From Coprothermobacterota bacterium (GTDB lineage: Bacteria > Coprothermobacterota > Coprothermobacteria > Coprothermobacterales > Coprothermobacteraceae): a stretch of DNA of 64,000 nt. Below are positions 1-9,390 of the stretch, one piece after another. Under the pieces are notes generated by a model. The model searched no databases. It saw nothing but the letters and a program-made list of their open reading frames with translations, and was not told the origin of the DNA. Numbering within the stretch: position 1 is the first letter of the stretch; the number at the start of each line of letters is the position of its first letter. The stretch lies in NCBI GenBank assembly GCA_036679065.1, contig JAZIGN010000003.1, positions 480,001-544,000 of the forward strand, written 5' to 3'. The translations under genes were made by a program, and so were the position numbers.

Positions 1-22
1 CTGCTACAATGTGAACTTTCAT
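1..22 (-). CDS. 5' end of a gene running off the window (MKVHIVA...); possibly 23S rRNA methyltransferase RlmH-like
   Basis: Minus strand ATG AAA GTT CAC ATT GTA GCA, preceded by TAGAAT-N6. Only 7 codons are visible and they resemble RlmH N-termini (MKIxIxAVG). Confidence 0.3.
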
Positions 23-137
23 GCTTTCATTCTACGAGAAGGCGCCGCGAAAATGTGTCACTTTAGCAGAAGAAAGAAATCTCCTAAAGTAGCATGGCTG
101 AATCAAAAAAATTTTGCGTCAGTTTGGGTTTTAGTAG

Positions 138-173
138 AATGAAGAGCTGGCTTGGAGAAGCCCGCTCTTCATT
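138..173 (-). terminator. Stem-loop downstream of the XapX-like gene
   Basis: Inverted repeat AATGAAGAGC..GGCTT / AAGCC..GCTCTTCATT immediately after the stop codon; weak U-tail. Confidence 0.55.
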
Positions 174-176
174 TCT

Positions 177-338
177 CTAACGTCCAAGTAAGGCTTTTGC
201 TGCTACAAATCCCAAAAAAATACCCACAATACCCATTACGCCAGACAGGGTAGCCGGGGCAGGAACCGGCAATTTCAGAAATGCAAACAAGAACCCTACC
301 GAGAACCCGACAATGGTAGCCAATAGAGTCTCAACCAA
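177..338 (-). CDS. XapX/DUF1427-family small membrane protein (53 aa; not in the ORF track)
   Basis: Translated by hand: MVETLLATIVGFSVGFLFAFLKLPVPAPATLSGVMGIVGIFLGFVAAKALLGR. LPxPAPxTLxG is the family motif; AGGAGTGA SD precedes the TTG start. Confidence 0.85.
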   Translation of the reverse strand: MVETLLATIVGFSVGFLFAFLKLPVPAPATLSGVMGIVGIFLGFVAAKALLGR

Positions 339-461
339 CTTATCATCACTCCTAACCTACTACTCATTATGTAGAACATTGATAAACTTCTAGCTTAGAT
401 ATTTTACACAAGCCTTATGGGGTTTTTCCAGGCTATATAATAGCAGTGAGGTGAAAACTCT

Positions 462-713
462 TTGGACAGTACAAAAGATCGCGTGCTCAAAAATCTGAGA
501 CGTATAGATGGACAAATACGGGGTATCGAATCGATGATTAGTGAAGGAAGAAGCTGTAGCGAAATCTTGTATCAAATTGTCGCTGCCCGCGAAGCTTTGA
601 AAAGGGTGGGAGTGGAAATAGCTAAGCAACACATCTGCCAACGGACTTCTGAAGGCGAAGACATGGAGCAAGAAATTGAAAAGATTATCAAAATCATTGC
701 ATCTTTGTCTTAG
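462..713 (+). CDS. csoR: CsoR/RcnR-family metal-sensing repressor
   Basis: LRRIDGQIRGI..GRSCSEILYQIVA..HICQ with Cys/His/Cys ligands; GAGGTG SD. Confidence 0.85.
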   Translation: MDSTKDRVLKNLRRIDGQIRGIESMISEGRSCSEILYQIVAAREALKRVGVEIAKQHICQRTSEGEDMEQEIEKIIKIIASLS

Positions 714-722
714 GGTGATCTT

Positions 723-1868
723 ATGAAGTGGAGGTTTTTCCTTGTCTTGAGCATACTTGGGATTATTGCAGGTGTTTGGTTGATTTTTTCTCTCGTTGTG
801 CCTGCTCCGTACGGAAAGTTGACTGTTTCTGCTCCTTCAAACTTTAGCGTTTTTGTGGATGGGAAACCTTTCGAATCAGGTACTGTGGCTGCAGGGAGGC
901 ATGTGGTAGAAGCCAAGTATCGTAATCTAGTACTAATGAAACAGGATGTCTATGTAAAACCGGAGGAGAATACACGCGTAAACTTTTCAGCGGAAGGTCT
1001 TTTGCTTTATGGTCCACCCAACTCCTATTTTGCTGTGAAGACAGCGGAAGGCACATATAACGCAAAAGGTGAATACCTATGGCTGCCATCGTTCGCTGGG
1101 AAAGCCATAGTGATGATTAACGGGGATTTATTGCCTCTTTACGTAGGCGAACATGCGTTTGTTACATTGGCCTACGAAGAAGGAACCGTAGTCACTTTAG
1201 AGGGGAGCTATTACCTTTCTGTACCCATGTGGTCAACAGTTTCCACCGTAACGGGCAGCATCATCTTACCCTCGGTGACTACAAGTTCCTTAAGCGCGGA
1301 CTTACAGTATTCTTTGGATGGTAATGTGGTGGTATTGAGCAATGCGTTTACCACGGGAACAGTTTTGAGAACAGCTCCGGGTGATTTCACAGACGTGAAA
1401 ATAGCCAACGATGAAGTCATGCTAGCTTTTACACCCACCTCGGTGAGCCAATATAACGTTGCGTTTGGTTGGCGCATATGGACCTTAAAAGCTCCTGAAC
1501 CTGTAGGTACGTGGTACAAAAGTGACTCTGGTTTTGTTTTCGCTGGGGAAAAGATTTGGGCTTACAAAGATAACGGAGCATGGCTATGGGTGCATCAGCC
1601 TCCTGGCAAACTTGTAGATGTTAATGGGGACAACCTAGTGTTTCTGACCGATGATGGAGTGGTATTCTGGGACTACGCCAAAGGCGAGGAAACGTCCAAT
1701 CCAAGATTTGAAGTGCCTGATTACATACCTTATGTAAAGGGTGAAAAGTATCTCTACTCTTCAGATGGCAACTGGTTCTCCGGTGTGGAAGTGTTGGATT
1801 TCTCTTGGAATGAGAAGTGGATTTCCTTTGTGAGTAGCAACCATGATATAATAATTTTAAGAAAATAA
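723..1868 (+). CDS. Membrane-anchored hypothetical protein with PEGA-like domain and beta-propeller-like C-terminus
   Basis: N-terminal TM helix; GKLTVSAPS..VFVDGK..GRHVVEAK (PEGA-like); Trp-rich repeats (GWRIW, GAWLW). Confidence 0.6.
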   Translation: MKWRFFLVLSILGIIAGVWLIFSLVVPAPYGKLTVSAPSNFSVFVDGKPFESGTVAAGRHVVEAKYRNLVLMKQDVYVKPEENTRVNFSAEGLLLYGPPNSYFAVKTAEGTYNAKGEYLWLPSFAGKAIVMINGDLLPLYVGEHAFVTLAYEEGTVVTLEGSYYLSVPMWSTVSTVTGSIILPSVTTSSLSADLQYSLDGNVVVLSNAFTTGTVLRTAPGDFTDVKIANDEVMLAFTPTSVSQYNVAFGWRIWTLKAPEPVGTWYKSDSGFVFAGEKIWAYKDNGAWLWVHQPPGKLVDVNGDNLVFLTDDGVVFWDYAKGEETSNPRFEVPDYIPYVKGEKYLYSSDGNWFSGVEVLDFSWNEKWISFVSSNHDIIILRK

Positions 1869-1869
1869 A

Positions 1870-2787
1870 ATGGATAGTGAAAGTTATCATTTATTATCGG
1901 ACATAGTAAAAGCAATTGGTGAAACCATGGGCGGTTGGCCCGTGGTGGTTTTTGTCCGCCCGCAAACTGAGGTGGGGGATGACATACTTGGGTACTTGTT
2001 AGGAGCTGTACAAAGAGGTGCGAGTCCTTTAACTCTTTCCCTTTCTGCCACTTCTTTTCGTCCCGAACTGGGTTTACGAGTCGTTGATCATTTGTACAGA
2101 TTAAAGCGCGGATTTAAGTTCGTGGTAAACGGTCCGTGTTTCGGTGGAACTAACCTAGTAGCCTGTGGGGCTGAGACTTTGTGTTTTACACAGACCGGTG
2201 AAATGGGCCTTTGGTGGGGTTCAATTAACACACCTTGGAATCCCGTGGATGAAAGTCATCGCTACTTACCTCTGGATGTTGATGTACTCTTAGGTTATCT
2301 TGAACTGCTTGAAAGGCATCCTCAGTCGGTGGAACCCATAACCCGCGACGTTAGCCCTTTAGCAGTAAGTGCTGCCTATAACTCTTTTAAAAGAACTGTT
2401 GGTGCTTTAGAAGCCTTAGAAAGGATGTCACCGAAGCACAAAGACGCTCTTAGAGCAGTTAGGCAGTCAATTCAGGAAGATTACTCCAGGGCGAGTTTGC
2501 CTTGGGGTCCTGGTGTCGCTGCTTCCTTCGGATTTGATGTTCAGACTTTTGATGCTGCGCTGGAAAAGTTGTTCAATGATGTAAATGCAAAGGTGTTCAG
2601 TGAAGCATTCGTTCCTCAGAGACAGGGGTCTGCTGAAAACTACAGCGTCACAGTGCCTGACGTTATGATCATTGATTCATCTGCTGTTTTGCTTCATACA
2701 ACTTACATTGAAGGCATGATCATGGACACAGAAGTGGAAGAGAGGCCTGTTGGAGCAGATTGGCGCACAGTTTTCTTCCGCGGGTAG
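1870..2787 (+). CDS. Divergent ClpP-fold (SDH-family) serine-protease-like protein, probably inactive
   Basis: VVNGPCFGGTNLVACGAETLCFTQTGEMG aligns by eye with the family motif VPxxAxSxGTLIALxAxEIxMxxxxxLG. Confidence 0.5.
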   Translation: MDSESYHLLSDIVKAIGETMGGWPVVVFVRPQTEVGDDILGYLLGAVQRGASPLTLSLSATSFRPELGLRVVDHLYRLKRGFKFVVNGPCFGGTNLVACGAETLCFTQTGEMGLWWGSINTPWNPVDESHRYLPLDVDVLLGYLELLERHPQSVEPITRDVSPLAVSAAYNSFKRTVGALEALERMSPKHKDALRAVRQSIQEDYSRASLPWGPGVAASFGFDVQTFDAALEKLFNDVNAKVFSEAFVPQRQGSAENYSVTVPDVMIIDSSAVLLHTTYIEGMIMDTEVEERPVGADWRTVFFRG

Positions 2788-2809
2788 TAATGGAGGGGGA
2801 TAGCTTCAC

Positions 2810-4114
2810 ATGAATGTGGTTGTGGTGTTACTCTTTTTAGTCCTAATAAATGCCTATTTCGCTGCCACTGAGATCTCCGTTGTTTCCACTGATAAAGATG
2901 ACATTGAAGAGGCATTAGGGCCTAGAGCTGAAAGTGGTCTTGTTAAGAAGTTGTTGGACGATCCTACGTTCTTTTTCTCCTCTGTACAGATTGGTGTAAC
3001 GTTAGCTGGATTCCTTATGTCGTCCTTCTCTGCTTTGGACTGGGTTGGCCCATTTAGTGAAGCCTTAAGCAGACTAGGTATTCCCAATAGTTCCACATTG
3101 GCAGCAGTACTTATCACGGCCTTTGTTTCTTTTATATCTATCATATTCGGTGAACTCATACCAAAATCGCTTGCGGTTAGGTACAGAGACTACTTTGCCC
3201 CATGGGCATTAGTTAACTTGGCAAGAACACTTTATATTCTCTATCCTTTTGTATGGTTCTTATCTGTCATACAAAAAGCCGTCTTGAATATGGTTGGTGT
3301 GGGAAGTTTAGAATACACCAAGGTCGTTACTGATGAAGAATTGCTAAGAATAGTTGAAAGAGGTAGGTCTGAAGGGCAGTTTCTTCAAGAAGAGGAGGAA
3401 ATGATTAAGTCGGTACTGGAGTTCAGCGATACTACTGTGCGAGAAATCATGACTCCTCGACTCGCTGTTTTCTGGCTGGACAAGAATGTGGGTGTTAACG
3501 AAGCACTTCAACTAATGTTGGACTCTGGCTACTCAAGGGCACTGCTATGTGATGGTTCTTTGGATAACGTTCTTGGAGTCATTCATATTAAAGACTTAAT
3601 GAAACTACATGTTCAAGGTGATAGTGAAGGAAGCTTGGAAAGCATAAAGAGAGATGTTCTTTTTGTTCCTGAGACAGAGATGATCAACGAGGTTTTCTTC
3701 CAAATGAGGCGTTTACGCAACCATTTAGCCGTGGTAGTAGATGAATATGGTGCAGTTGCCGGTGTTGTGAGCTTGGAAGATATCTTGGAAGAGCTCGTGG
3801 GTGAAATACGCGATGAGTATGATCAAGAAGAAGAACCCATCCGCATTGTGGAAAAGTCTGAAAACTACGTGAAAGCCATAGTGCTCGGTCATGTTTCATT
3901 GGGAGATGTAAATGATGTGTTGGACCTTGATCTTGAAGCAGAAGAGGTAGACACTATCGCTGGATTTGTTCTACTTCAACTTCAGCATTTCCCTGAGGTT
4001 GGAGAAAAGTTTCGGCTAGACGGGACAAAGTTTACAGTGCTTTCCGTTACTAACAAGCGCATTGACAAAGTGCTTATCGAACGGGAAATTTCGGAAGAAG
4101 ATCAGCCTTCTTAA
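2810..4114 (+). CDS. HlyC/CorC-family (CNNM/DUF21 + CBS pair + CorC) transporter
   Basis: AYFAATEIS, FGELIPKSLA, VREIMTPR, VVDEYGAVAGVVSLEDILEELVGEIRDEYD, DTIAGFV. Confidence 0.93.
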   Translation: MNVVVVLLFLVLINAYFAATEISVVSTDKDDIEEALGPRAESGLVKKLLDDPTFFFSSVQIGVTLAGFLMSSFSALDWVGPFSEALSRLGIPNSSTLAAVLITAFVSFISIIFGELIPKSLAVRYRDYFAPWALVNLARTLYILYPFVWFLSVIQKAVLNMVGVGSLEYTKVVTDEELLRIVERGRSEGQFLQEEEEMIKSVLEFSDTTVREIMTPRLAVFWLDKNVGVNEALQLMLDSGYSRALLCDGSLDNVLGVIHIKDLMKLHVQGDSEGSLESIKRDVLFVPETEMINEVFFQMRRLRNHLAVVVDEYGAVAGVVSLEDILEELVGEIRDEYDQEEEPIRIVEKSENYVKAIVLGHVSLGDVNDVLDLDLEAEEVDTIAGFVLLQLQHFPEVGEKFRLDGTKFTVLSVTNKRIDKVLIEREISEEDQPS

Positions 4115-4535
4115 GGGCTTGAAAACCCGTTATCAAAACATATAGTAAGGTAACAGCAACAGCAATTTGATTGTTAAAGACAGAAATCAACACTGCTATG
4201 CCAACTAGAGAGTCTTCAGAGAAAGAAAGGGCTAGGGTCAATGACAAAAAATAATGGGGGTATGAAAGATAGGCAGGCATTGTGCTGTAAGGCATTAAGG
4301 TAAAAGTAAAAAGCGTTACCACAAGTGAAATAATAGCGCCTATGAGCATGCGCGTAGGTCTCTGAATCCACAGCAAAACCAATAATCCCAAATCCACAAA
4401 CTGGAAGTACACACCAGGGTATAGATAACCTAATATTATTAAAGCGAGAGCAACGCAGGTAACAAATTTCTGCCTGTGAAAGCTGTTAAAGGCAGCAACA
4501 AAAAACAAAAATGCAAGCCACATAACGAAGTTCAT
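4074..4535 (-). CDS. Hypothetical integral membrane protein
   Basis: 153-aa strongly hydrophobic ORF filling the gap between two plus-strand genes. Confidence 0.65.
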   Translation of the reverse strand: MNFVMWLAFLFFVAAFNSFHRQKFVTCVALALIILGYLYPGVYFQFVDLGLLVLLWIQRPTRMLIGAIISLVVTLFTFTLMPYSTMPAYLSYPHYFLSLTLALSFSEDSLVGIAVLISVFNNQIAVAVTLLYVLITGFQALKKADLLPKFPVR

Positions 4536-4549
4536 TGTATCATATACAC

Positions 4550-5140
4550 ATGACGGTGTTGTCAGAGCTAAAGTTTGACGGATTTGCTGAAAGATGCTAC
4601 GAAGTCAATAGTGACATTTGGACGTCGAAGGTGTTTCTAGATATTGAGACACTTTCCTTGGTGGGGACACCCTTAACGGTTATTGGCTTACTTCAAGGTG
4701 GCGAAAAACCAACAGCTACGCAACTTTTCCTGCTGAAAGAAGAAGGTGAAAGGGAATTACTTTTACGTTTCTTGGAGCTCACAAAGGATGCTGAGGTGGT
4801 AACTTACAATGGTGCGAACTTTGATATTCCTTTTATTAATCAAAGGCTTCTTCACCACGGGCTAGGACAGTTTGTCCCAAGAGCTCACGTGGATTTGTAT
4901 CTCACAGCAAAGCGTAAGTTTCAAGGAAAGCTACCCTCTTTAAAGCAGTCGTATTTGGAGAAACATTTACTTGGCATAGAAAGATCTGACGATGTCCCAT
5001 CTCGGTTCGTGCCACAATACTACCAAGAGTTCTTGCTTGGTGGGGACTGGGAATGTTTAGAAAAAGTTCTGCGACATAACTACTATGACATCACTGGTTT
5101 GGCTAACCTTTATCTGTACGTAGAACAATCTCTATTCTAA
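4550..5140 (+). CDS. YprB-like RNase H-fold 3'-5' exonuclease (RNase_H_2)
   Basis: FLDIETLSL, VTYNGANFDIPF, HVDLY, HNYYDITGL. Start placed at ATG 4550 (ORF track 4535). Confidence 0.85.
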   Translation: MTVLSELKFDGFAERCYEVNSDIWTSKVFLDIETLSLVGTPLTVIGLLQGGEKPTATQLFLLKEEGERELLLRFLELTKDAEVVTYNGANFDIPFINQRLLHHGLGQFVPRAHVDLYLTAKRKFQGKLPSLKQSYLEKHLLGIERSDDVPSRFVPQYYQEFLLGGDWECLEKVLRHNYYDITGLANLYLYVEQSLF

Positions 5141-5153
5141 GGAGGCTGGGTTT

Positions 5154-6299
5154 ATGGATTTTTTAATGGTTATGCCGTCTTTGGTAATTGCTGTATGGGA
5201 GTTCCTGGAATCGAAAGATTATAGGTTCCTGTTTATAGCGGCACTTGGAGCTCTTTGGTTAGTACCTTTTTTTAGGACCACATATTGGATAGGTTTGGTA
5301 CTTCTTTGTGCTTCCTATTTATCACTTTTTGTACTTTCTAAGAAAAGCATACCCTTGACATTTTGGGTCGGTCTTGTGCTACTAATTGGTTCTACTGCCT
5401 TTAGAACTTATCTAGCTGTGGGCGAGCCTGAGAAGCCAAGTTTTTGGTGGCTTTTGCCAGAGAAAATGGCTCAGAGAGGAAGCGACTTTGCCAACAACAC
5501 AGATCTTACAAGAAACTTGGCTATGTTACTTGACGTAGGAGCTATTACCTTAATAGTGTTCAGTTCTAAATATCTCTCGTCAGTCCTTTCCAGACTATTT
5601 TCGGTGTCAGTCATGTATATGTTCATGTTCTTTCTGTGGTATCCCACGTTTGAGGTGCGTTTAACACCTTCCTATCTTGATAGAGTACTCTGGATAATCG
5701 GGCTCATACCGGCGGTAGCGTACTTGCTAAGTGTATTAGGCAAATCAGAACCGGTGGAGTCAGATTTTTATTTCTTTTTTCTTGTGGTGTATTCCTTGCT
5801 TTTTGCACCACCTCGAGGTGGTAGTTTCGAATTTGCTTTACTAGCGTTGGTTTCATTCCCATGGGCTTTGTTAGGTAATATGGCTATTCCCGCTGTACAA
5901 ACGGTTGTCTCAAGTGGTCTTCCTCCTTCGGTAGGTTTCCTTTTTAAGACTGCTGGATTGGCTTCTATGTTCATAACGGCATCTACTGTGGCCATAGTGC
6001 GGGTCTACATGCTTTTCTTGTTAGTAGGGTTGTGTTACCAGGTCGCGTTGCAGAGTAGTAGAAAAGGTGTTCTGTCCATAATTGTTAGCGCCATTTTGCT
6101 ATTTAGTGGAATTTTGACTGGTTTTGCATCGAAAATTGCTGTTAATCTCTACGGGGGCAGTGGAGCGTTGTTTGCCATTGAGAACGTTTTTAATGCAACA
6201 AATACTTGGGCAAATGTTAAGCTGGACATCATTAACATGCTTATACCATTTGTAATTGCTATCTTAGCCAGCTACGTATTCTTCGGTGAAGGGAGTTAG
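5154..6299 (+). CDS. Multi-pass membrane protein, distant HyfB/NuoN/MrpD (antiporter-like subunit) resemblance
   Basis: Many TM segments; SGLPPSVGFLFK resembles the GLPPxxGFxxK motif; AGGAGG SD. Confidence 0.5.
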   Translation: MDFLMVMPSLVIAVWEFLESKDYRFLFIAALGALWLVPFFRTTYWIGLVLLCASYLSLFVLSKKSIPLTFWVGLVLLIGSTAFRTYLAVGEPEKPSFWWLLPEKMAQRGSDFANNTDLTRNLAMLLDVGAITLIVFSSKYLSSVLSRLFSVSVMYMFMFFLWYPTFEVRLTPSYLDRVLWIIGLIPAVAYLLSVLGKSEPVESDFYFFFLVVYSLLFAPPRGGSFEFALLALVSFPWALLGNMAIPAVQTVVSSGLPPSVGFLFKTAGLASMFITASTVAIVRVYMLFLLVGLCYQVALQSSRKGVLSIIVSAILLFSGILTGFASKIAVNLYGGSGALFAIENVFNATNTWANVKLDIINMLIPFVIAILASYVFFGEGS

Positions 6300-6304
6300 C
6301 TTGT

Positions 6305-6958
6305 ATGTGGAAGATGTTACTTGTATGGCTTTTGTTTGCGTTAGGGGTATTAGTGGTTCATTTCTTTTCCGTGAGATTCATCTTACAGCAGAGGCGAGAA
6401 GATGGGAAACTTGTTGGCCGTAGTGATTTTGTTTTTCGAGACAACAAATTTGTTGTAGGTGTTGCTTTTCTGTGGCTAATGCTCTCAAGCATGGCATTTG
6501 AAGGGACGTTTGTTTGGGTACTACCCATAAACGTTGTGCTTATTGCCCTTGTTGTTTCCATGAGTTTTGGATTGCTTCTTAAGGACATACACCATACATG
6601 GTCTCGCGTATGGACAGTGCTCATACTAGCTTTGTGGGTACTGGGCTACTTGACAGTGTTTGTCACGCTTGACACACTAGATCTCACCCAGCTTGCAGTG
6701 CTCGCTGAAAAGGGCTCTCTGCTTTACAACGTTTTACCCATACCCATGATTTTCATGCTAGTCGCCTTGTTGCTTCCTTTTGGTTCCGGGGCTGATTCGC
6801 TGCTATGGAGGGCTTTTTTAGTAACATTTTTATCTCTTCTATGGTTGCACACGTTTTTCTTCTCGATGCCTTTTGGGGCAGTGCTACTAGTTGCATTGGT
6901 TCTGTCTTGTGTGACGTCTTTTATTAGTTACTGGTTCCAAAGGATCTTAGAGAGCTAA
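6305..6958 (+). CDS. Multi-pass membrane protein, weak HyfC/NuoH resemblance
   Basis: Hydrophobic 217 aa; LQQRREDG after TM1 and LLLPF motif. Confidence 0.45.
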   Translation: MWKMLLVWLLFALGVLVVHFFSVRFILQQRREDGKLVGRSDFVFRDNKFVVGVAFLWLMLSSMAFEGTFVWVLPINVVLIALVVSMSFGLLLKDIHHTWSRVWTVLILALWVLGYLTVFVTLDTLDLTQLAVLAEKGSLLYNVLPIPMIFMLVALLLPFGSGADSLLWRAFLVTFLSLLWLHTFFFSMPFGAVLLVALVLSCVTSFISYWFQRILES

Positions 6959-7049
6959 TTAGTCCGATATAGGTAGTTACAAGGTTATCGTAGTTTCGTC
7001 TGTGATAGAATATCTTCTATAAAAACTCGTCGTAGGGAGGTGATTTTTC

Positions 7050-8957
7050 GTGGAAAAACGTGGTCTTCCTGAAGGAGCTTATGGAGTTAAGCCTGGACAA
7101 ACGTACGTACCTTATGTCCCCGCAGAGAAGGTCATGCCTGAGTTTACGGTTTACTCCATCGTTTTGGGCGTTATTTTGTCCGTCATTTTTGGTGCAGCTA
7201 ATGCGTACCTGGGTTTAAAAGTAGGTATGACGATTTCTGCTTCCATCCCGGCAGCTGTGATTTCTATGGCAATTACACGTGGATTGCTGCATAGGAATTC
7301 AATACTTGAAAACATGACTGTTGAGAACGTAGCATCTGCGGGAGAGTCGCTTGCTGCTGGAGCTATCTTCACACTTCCAGCACTTTTTATGTGGGGTTTG
7401 AACCCGAGTCCATGGGTAATGGGTGCACTCACGTTCATAGGTGGCACTCTGGGCGTCCTGTTTATGGTTCCATTGAGGCGGTATCTAATCGTTGGCCAGC
7501 ATGGTGTGCTGCCCTATCCTGAAGGTGTAGCCTGTGCAGAAGTGTTGGTGGCTGGTGAAGAGGGCGGTGTCAGCGCTTATTACATTGTTGTAGGCGGCTT
7601 AGTAGGCTTCATCTACAAATTCTTGACTGATGGGCTAAAGCTCTTCCCTTACGAAATCGAAACGCAGATCCCTGGCTTGAAAAACGCTGCTATAGGAATG
7701 GATGTTTATCCTTCATTGTTAGGTGTGGGTTTCATTGTTGGACCAAAGATTTCTTCTTACATGTTCGTGGGAGCAATATTTGGCTGGCTCATACTAACGC
7801 CTTTGATTACGTTCTTTGGAAGTGGTGTAACAACTGCCATATTCCCTAGCAGTGTACCACTCGGTGAGATGTCGTATTCAGAAATCTGGGCTAACTATGT
7901 TAGATACATAGGAGCAGGAGCCATGTTGGGTGGCGGTGTTATCAGCTTGATAAAAGAGTTGCCTATGATGATTACCTCGTTTAGGGATGCCCTAAAAGGA
8001 TATGGGCAGAAAGCAACTCAGGTGCTTAGAACAGATGCGGACATGGATCCCAAGTGGCTCATTGTTGGCATAGTTGCACTAATCATCTTCATGGCATTGT
8101 TGCCTCAAATTCCCGTGGGATGGCTCGGTGCGGTTCTGGTCGCGATTTTCGGCTTTTTCTTCGTCACAGTCAGCTCTAGGCTTGTGGGTATGGTGGGTAG
8201 CTCATCTAACCCTGTTTCAGGTATGACTATTGCAACAATCTTGTTGACAGCACTCATAATGAAAGCCTCTGGGTGGACCGGAGTTGAGGGCATGGCTGCT
8301 TCTTTGGCAGTTGCTGCCGTAGTCTGCACAGCTGCAGCTAGCGCTGGTGACATATCTCAGGACTTAAAAGCCAGCTACTTGCTTGGTGCAACGCCCTGGC
8401 GTCAACAGGTAGCACAGATTATAGGAATCGCAGCGTCGGCTTGTGTGATAGGTTTTGTGCTCATTCTGCTAAACGAAGCTTGGGGCTTTGGCAGTAAAGA
8501 TCTACTAGCACCTCAGGCAACGTTGATGAAGATGATTGTAGAAGGAGTGTTCAATGCACAGCTCCCATGGGTGCTTATCATTTTCGGTGTCATACTCTCA
8601 ATAATGTTGGAAATCTTACAAATTCCCATTTTACCAGTTGCTATTGGATTGTACTTACCCATACATTTATCTACTCCGATCATGGTTGGTGGACTTGTTA
8701 GGGGTATATTGGATAATGCCCTGAAGAAAAAACCTGAAGAACAAGAAGCTAGAACGGAAACCGGTATACTTTACAGCTCTGGTTTAATTGCTGGCGAGGC
8801 TTTGATGGGTTTGGTTCTTGCCTTGTTGGCTTACTTTGATGTGAGTACGGCGTTGGCTGAGGGCGCAGTAATGCCTTCTTGGGCTTCTCTAGTTATGTTC
8901 GCATTAGTCACATGCACCTTGGTTTACTATGCGTTTAAGAAACCTAGAAACGCTTAG
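7050..8957 (+). CDS. OPT-family oligopeptide transporter
   Basis: NAYLGLKVGMTISASIPAAVIS, LPYPEGVACAEVL, SSSNPVSGMTIATI, SQDLKASYLLGATPWRQQ, APQATLM. Confidence 0.95.
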   Translation: MEKRGLPEGAYGVKPGQTYVPYVPAEKVMPEFTVYSIVLGVILSVIFGAANAYLGLKVGMTISASIPAAVISMAITRGLLHRNSILENMTVENVASAGESLAAGAIFTLPALFMWGLNPSPWVMGALTFIGGTLGVLFMVPLRRYLIVGQHGVLPYPEGVACAEVLVAGEEGGVSAYYIVVGGLVGFIYKFLTDGLKLFPYEIETQIPGLKNAAIGMDVYPSLLGVGFIVGPKISSYMFVGAIFGWLILTPLITFFGSGVTTAIFPSSVPLGEMSYSEIWANYVRYIGAGAMLGGGVISLIKELPMMITSFRDALKGYGQKATQVLRTDADMDPKWLIVGIVALIIFMALLPQIPVGWLGAVLVAIFGFFFVTVSSRLVGMVGSSSNPVSGMTIATILLTALIMKASGWTGVEGMAASLAVAAVVCTAAASAGDISQDLKASYLLGATPWRQQVAQIIGIAASACVIGFVLILLNEAWGFGSKDLLAPQATLMKMIVEGVFNAQLPWVLIIFGVILSIMLEILQIPILPVAIGLYLPIHLSTPIMVGGLVRGILDNALKKKPEEQEARTETGILYSSGLIAGEALMGLVLALLAYFDVSTALAEGAVMPSWASLVMFALVTCTLVYYAFKKPRNA

Positions 8958-8982
8958 TGTGGGAAACTAGTGCTTATAAGAT

Positions 8983-9009
8983 GTGGGGGGCCTTTTTAGG
9001 GCCCCCTAT
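8983..9009 (+). terminator. GC-rich hairpin after the OPT gene
   Basis: GGGGGCC-N7-GGCCCCC; no U-run, so it may be a stabilising stem rather than a terminator. Confidence 0.5.
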
Positions 9010-9030
9010 AAGGTGAGTGAGGGATAGATT

Positions 9031-9390
9031 TTGGCGAAGAGGAATGCGCTGGATCTTGTGCCTGTGAAAAAAAAGCACGTCCATTGGGTTGACGAAGGAG
9101 AAATTATTAAACTAAAGATATATAGAAATCACTGGTATGATGCTTTAATGCACAGACTATTTAAAACGCCTCTAGAGATTACCATTGATCTGGACAAAGT
9201 TGGCTCTGAAGTCTGGCGATTGATTAATGGGGAAGATGATATAAAGACGATAGGGCTCAAGCTTAAAGAGCGTCTAGGAGATGAAGTTGAGCCTCTGTTT
9301 CCACGGCTGGTTACATTCGTTACTTATCTGTACAATGGCAACCTGATATATTACAAAAAACCCGATTTAAAGGATAAAGAGAGCCTATGA
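9031..9390 (+). CDS. PqqD-family (RRE-like) protein
   Basis: IDLDKVGSEVWRLINGEDDIKTI..L..RL..FV..L..GNLI pattern typical of PqqD-like proteins. Confidence 0.7.
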   Translation: MAKRNALDLVPVKKKHVHWVDEGEIIKLKIYRNHWYDALMHRLFKTPLEITIDLDKVGSEVWRLINGEDDIKTIGLKLKERLGDEVEPLFPRLVTFVTYLYNGNLIYYKKPDLKDKESL

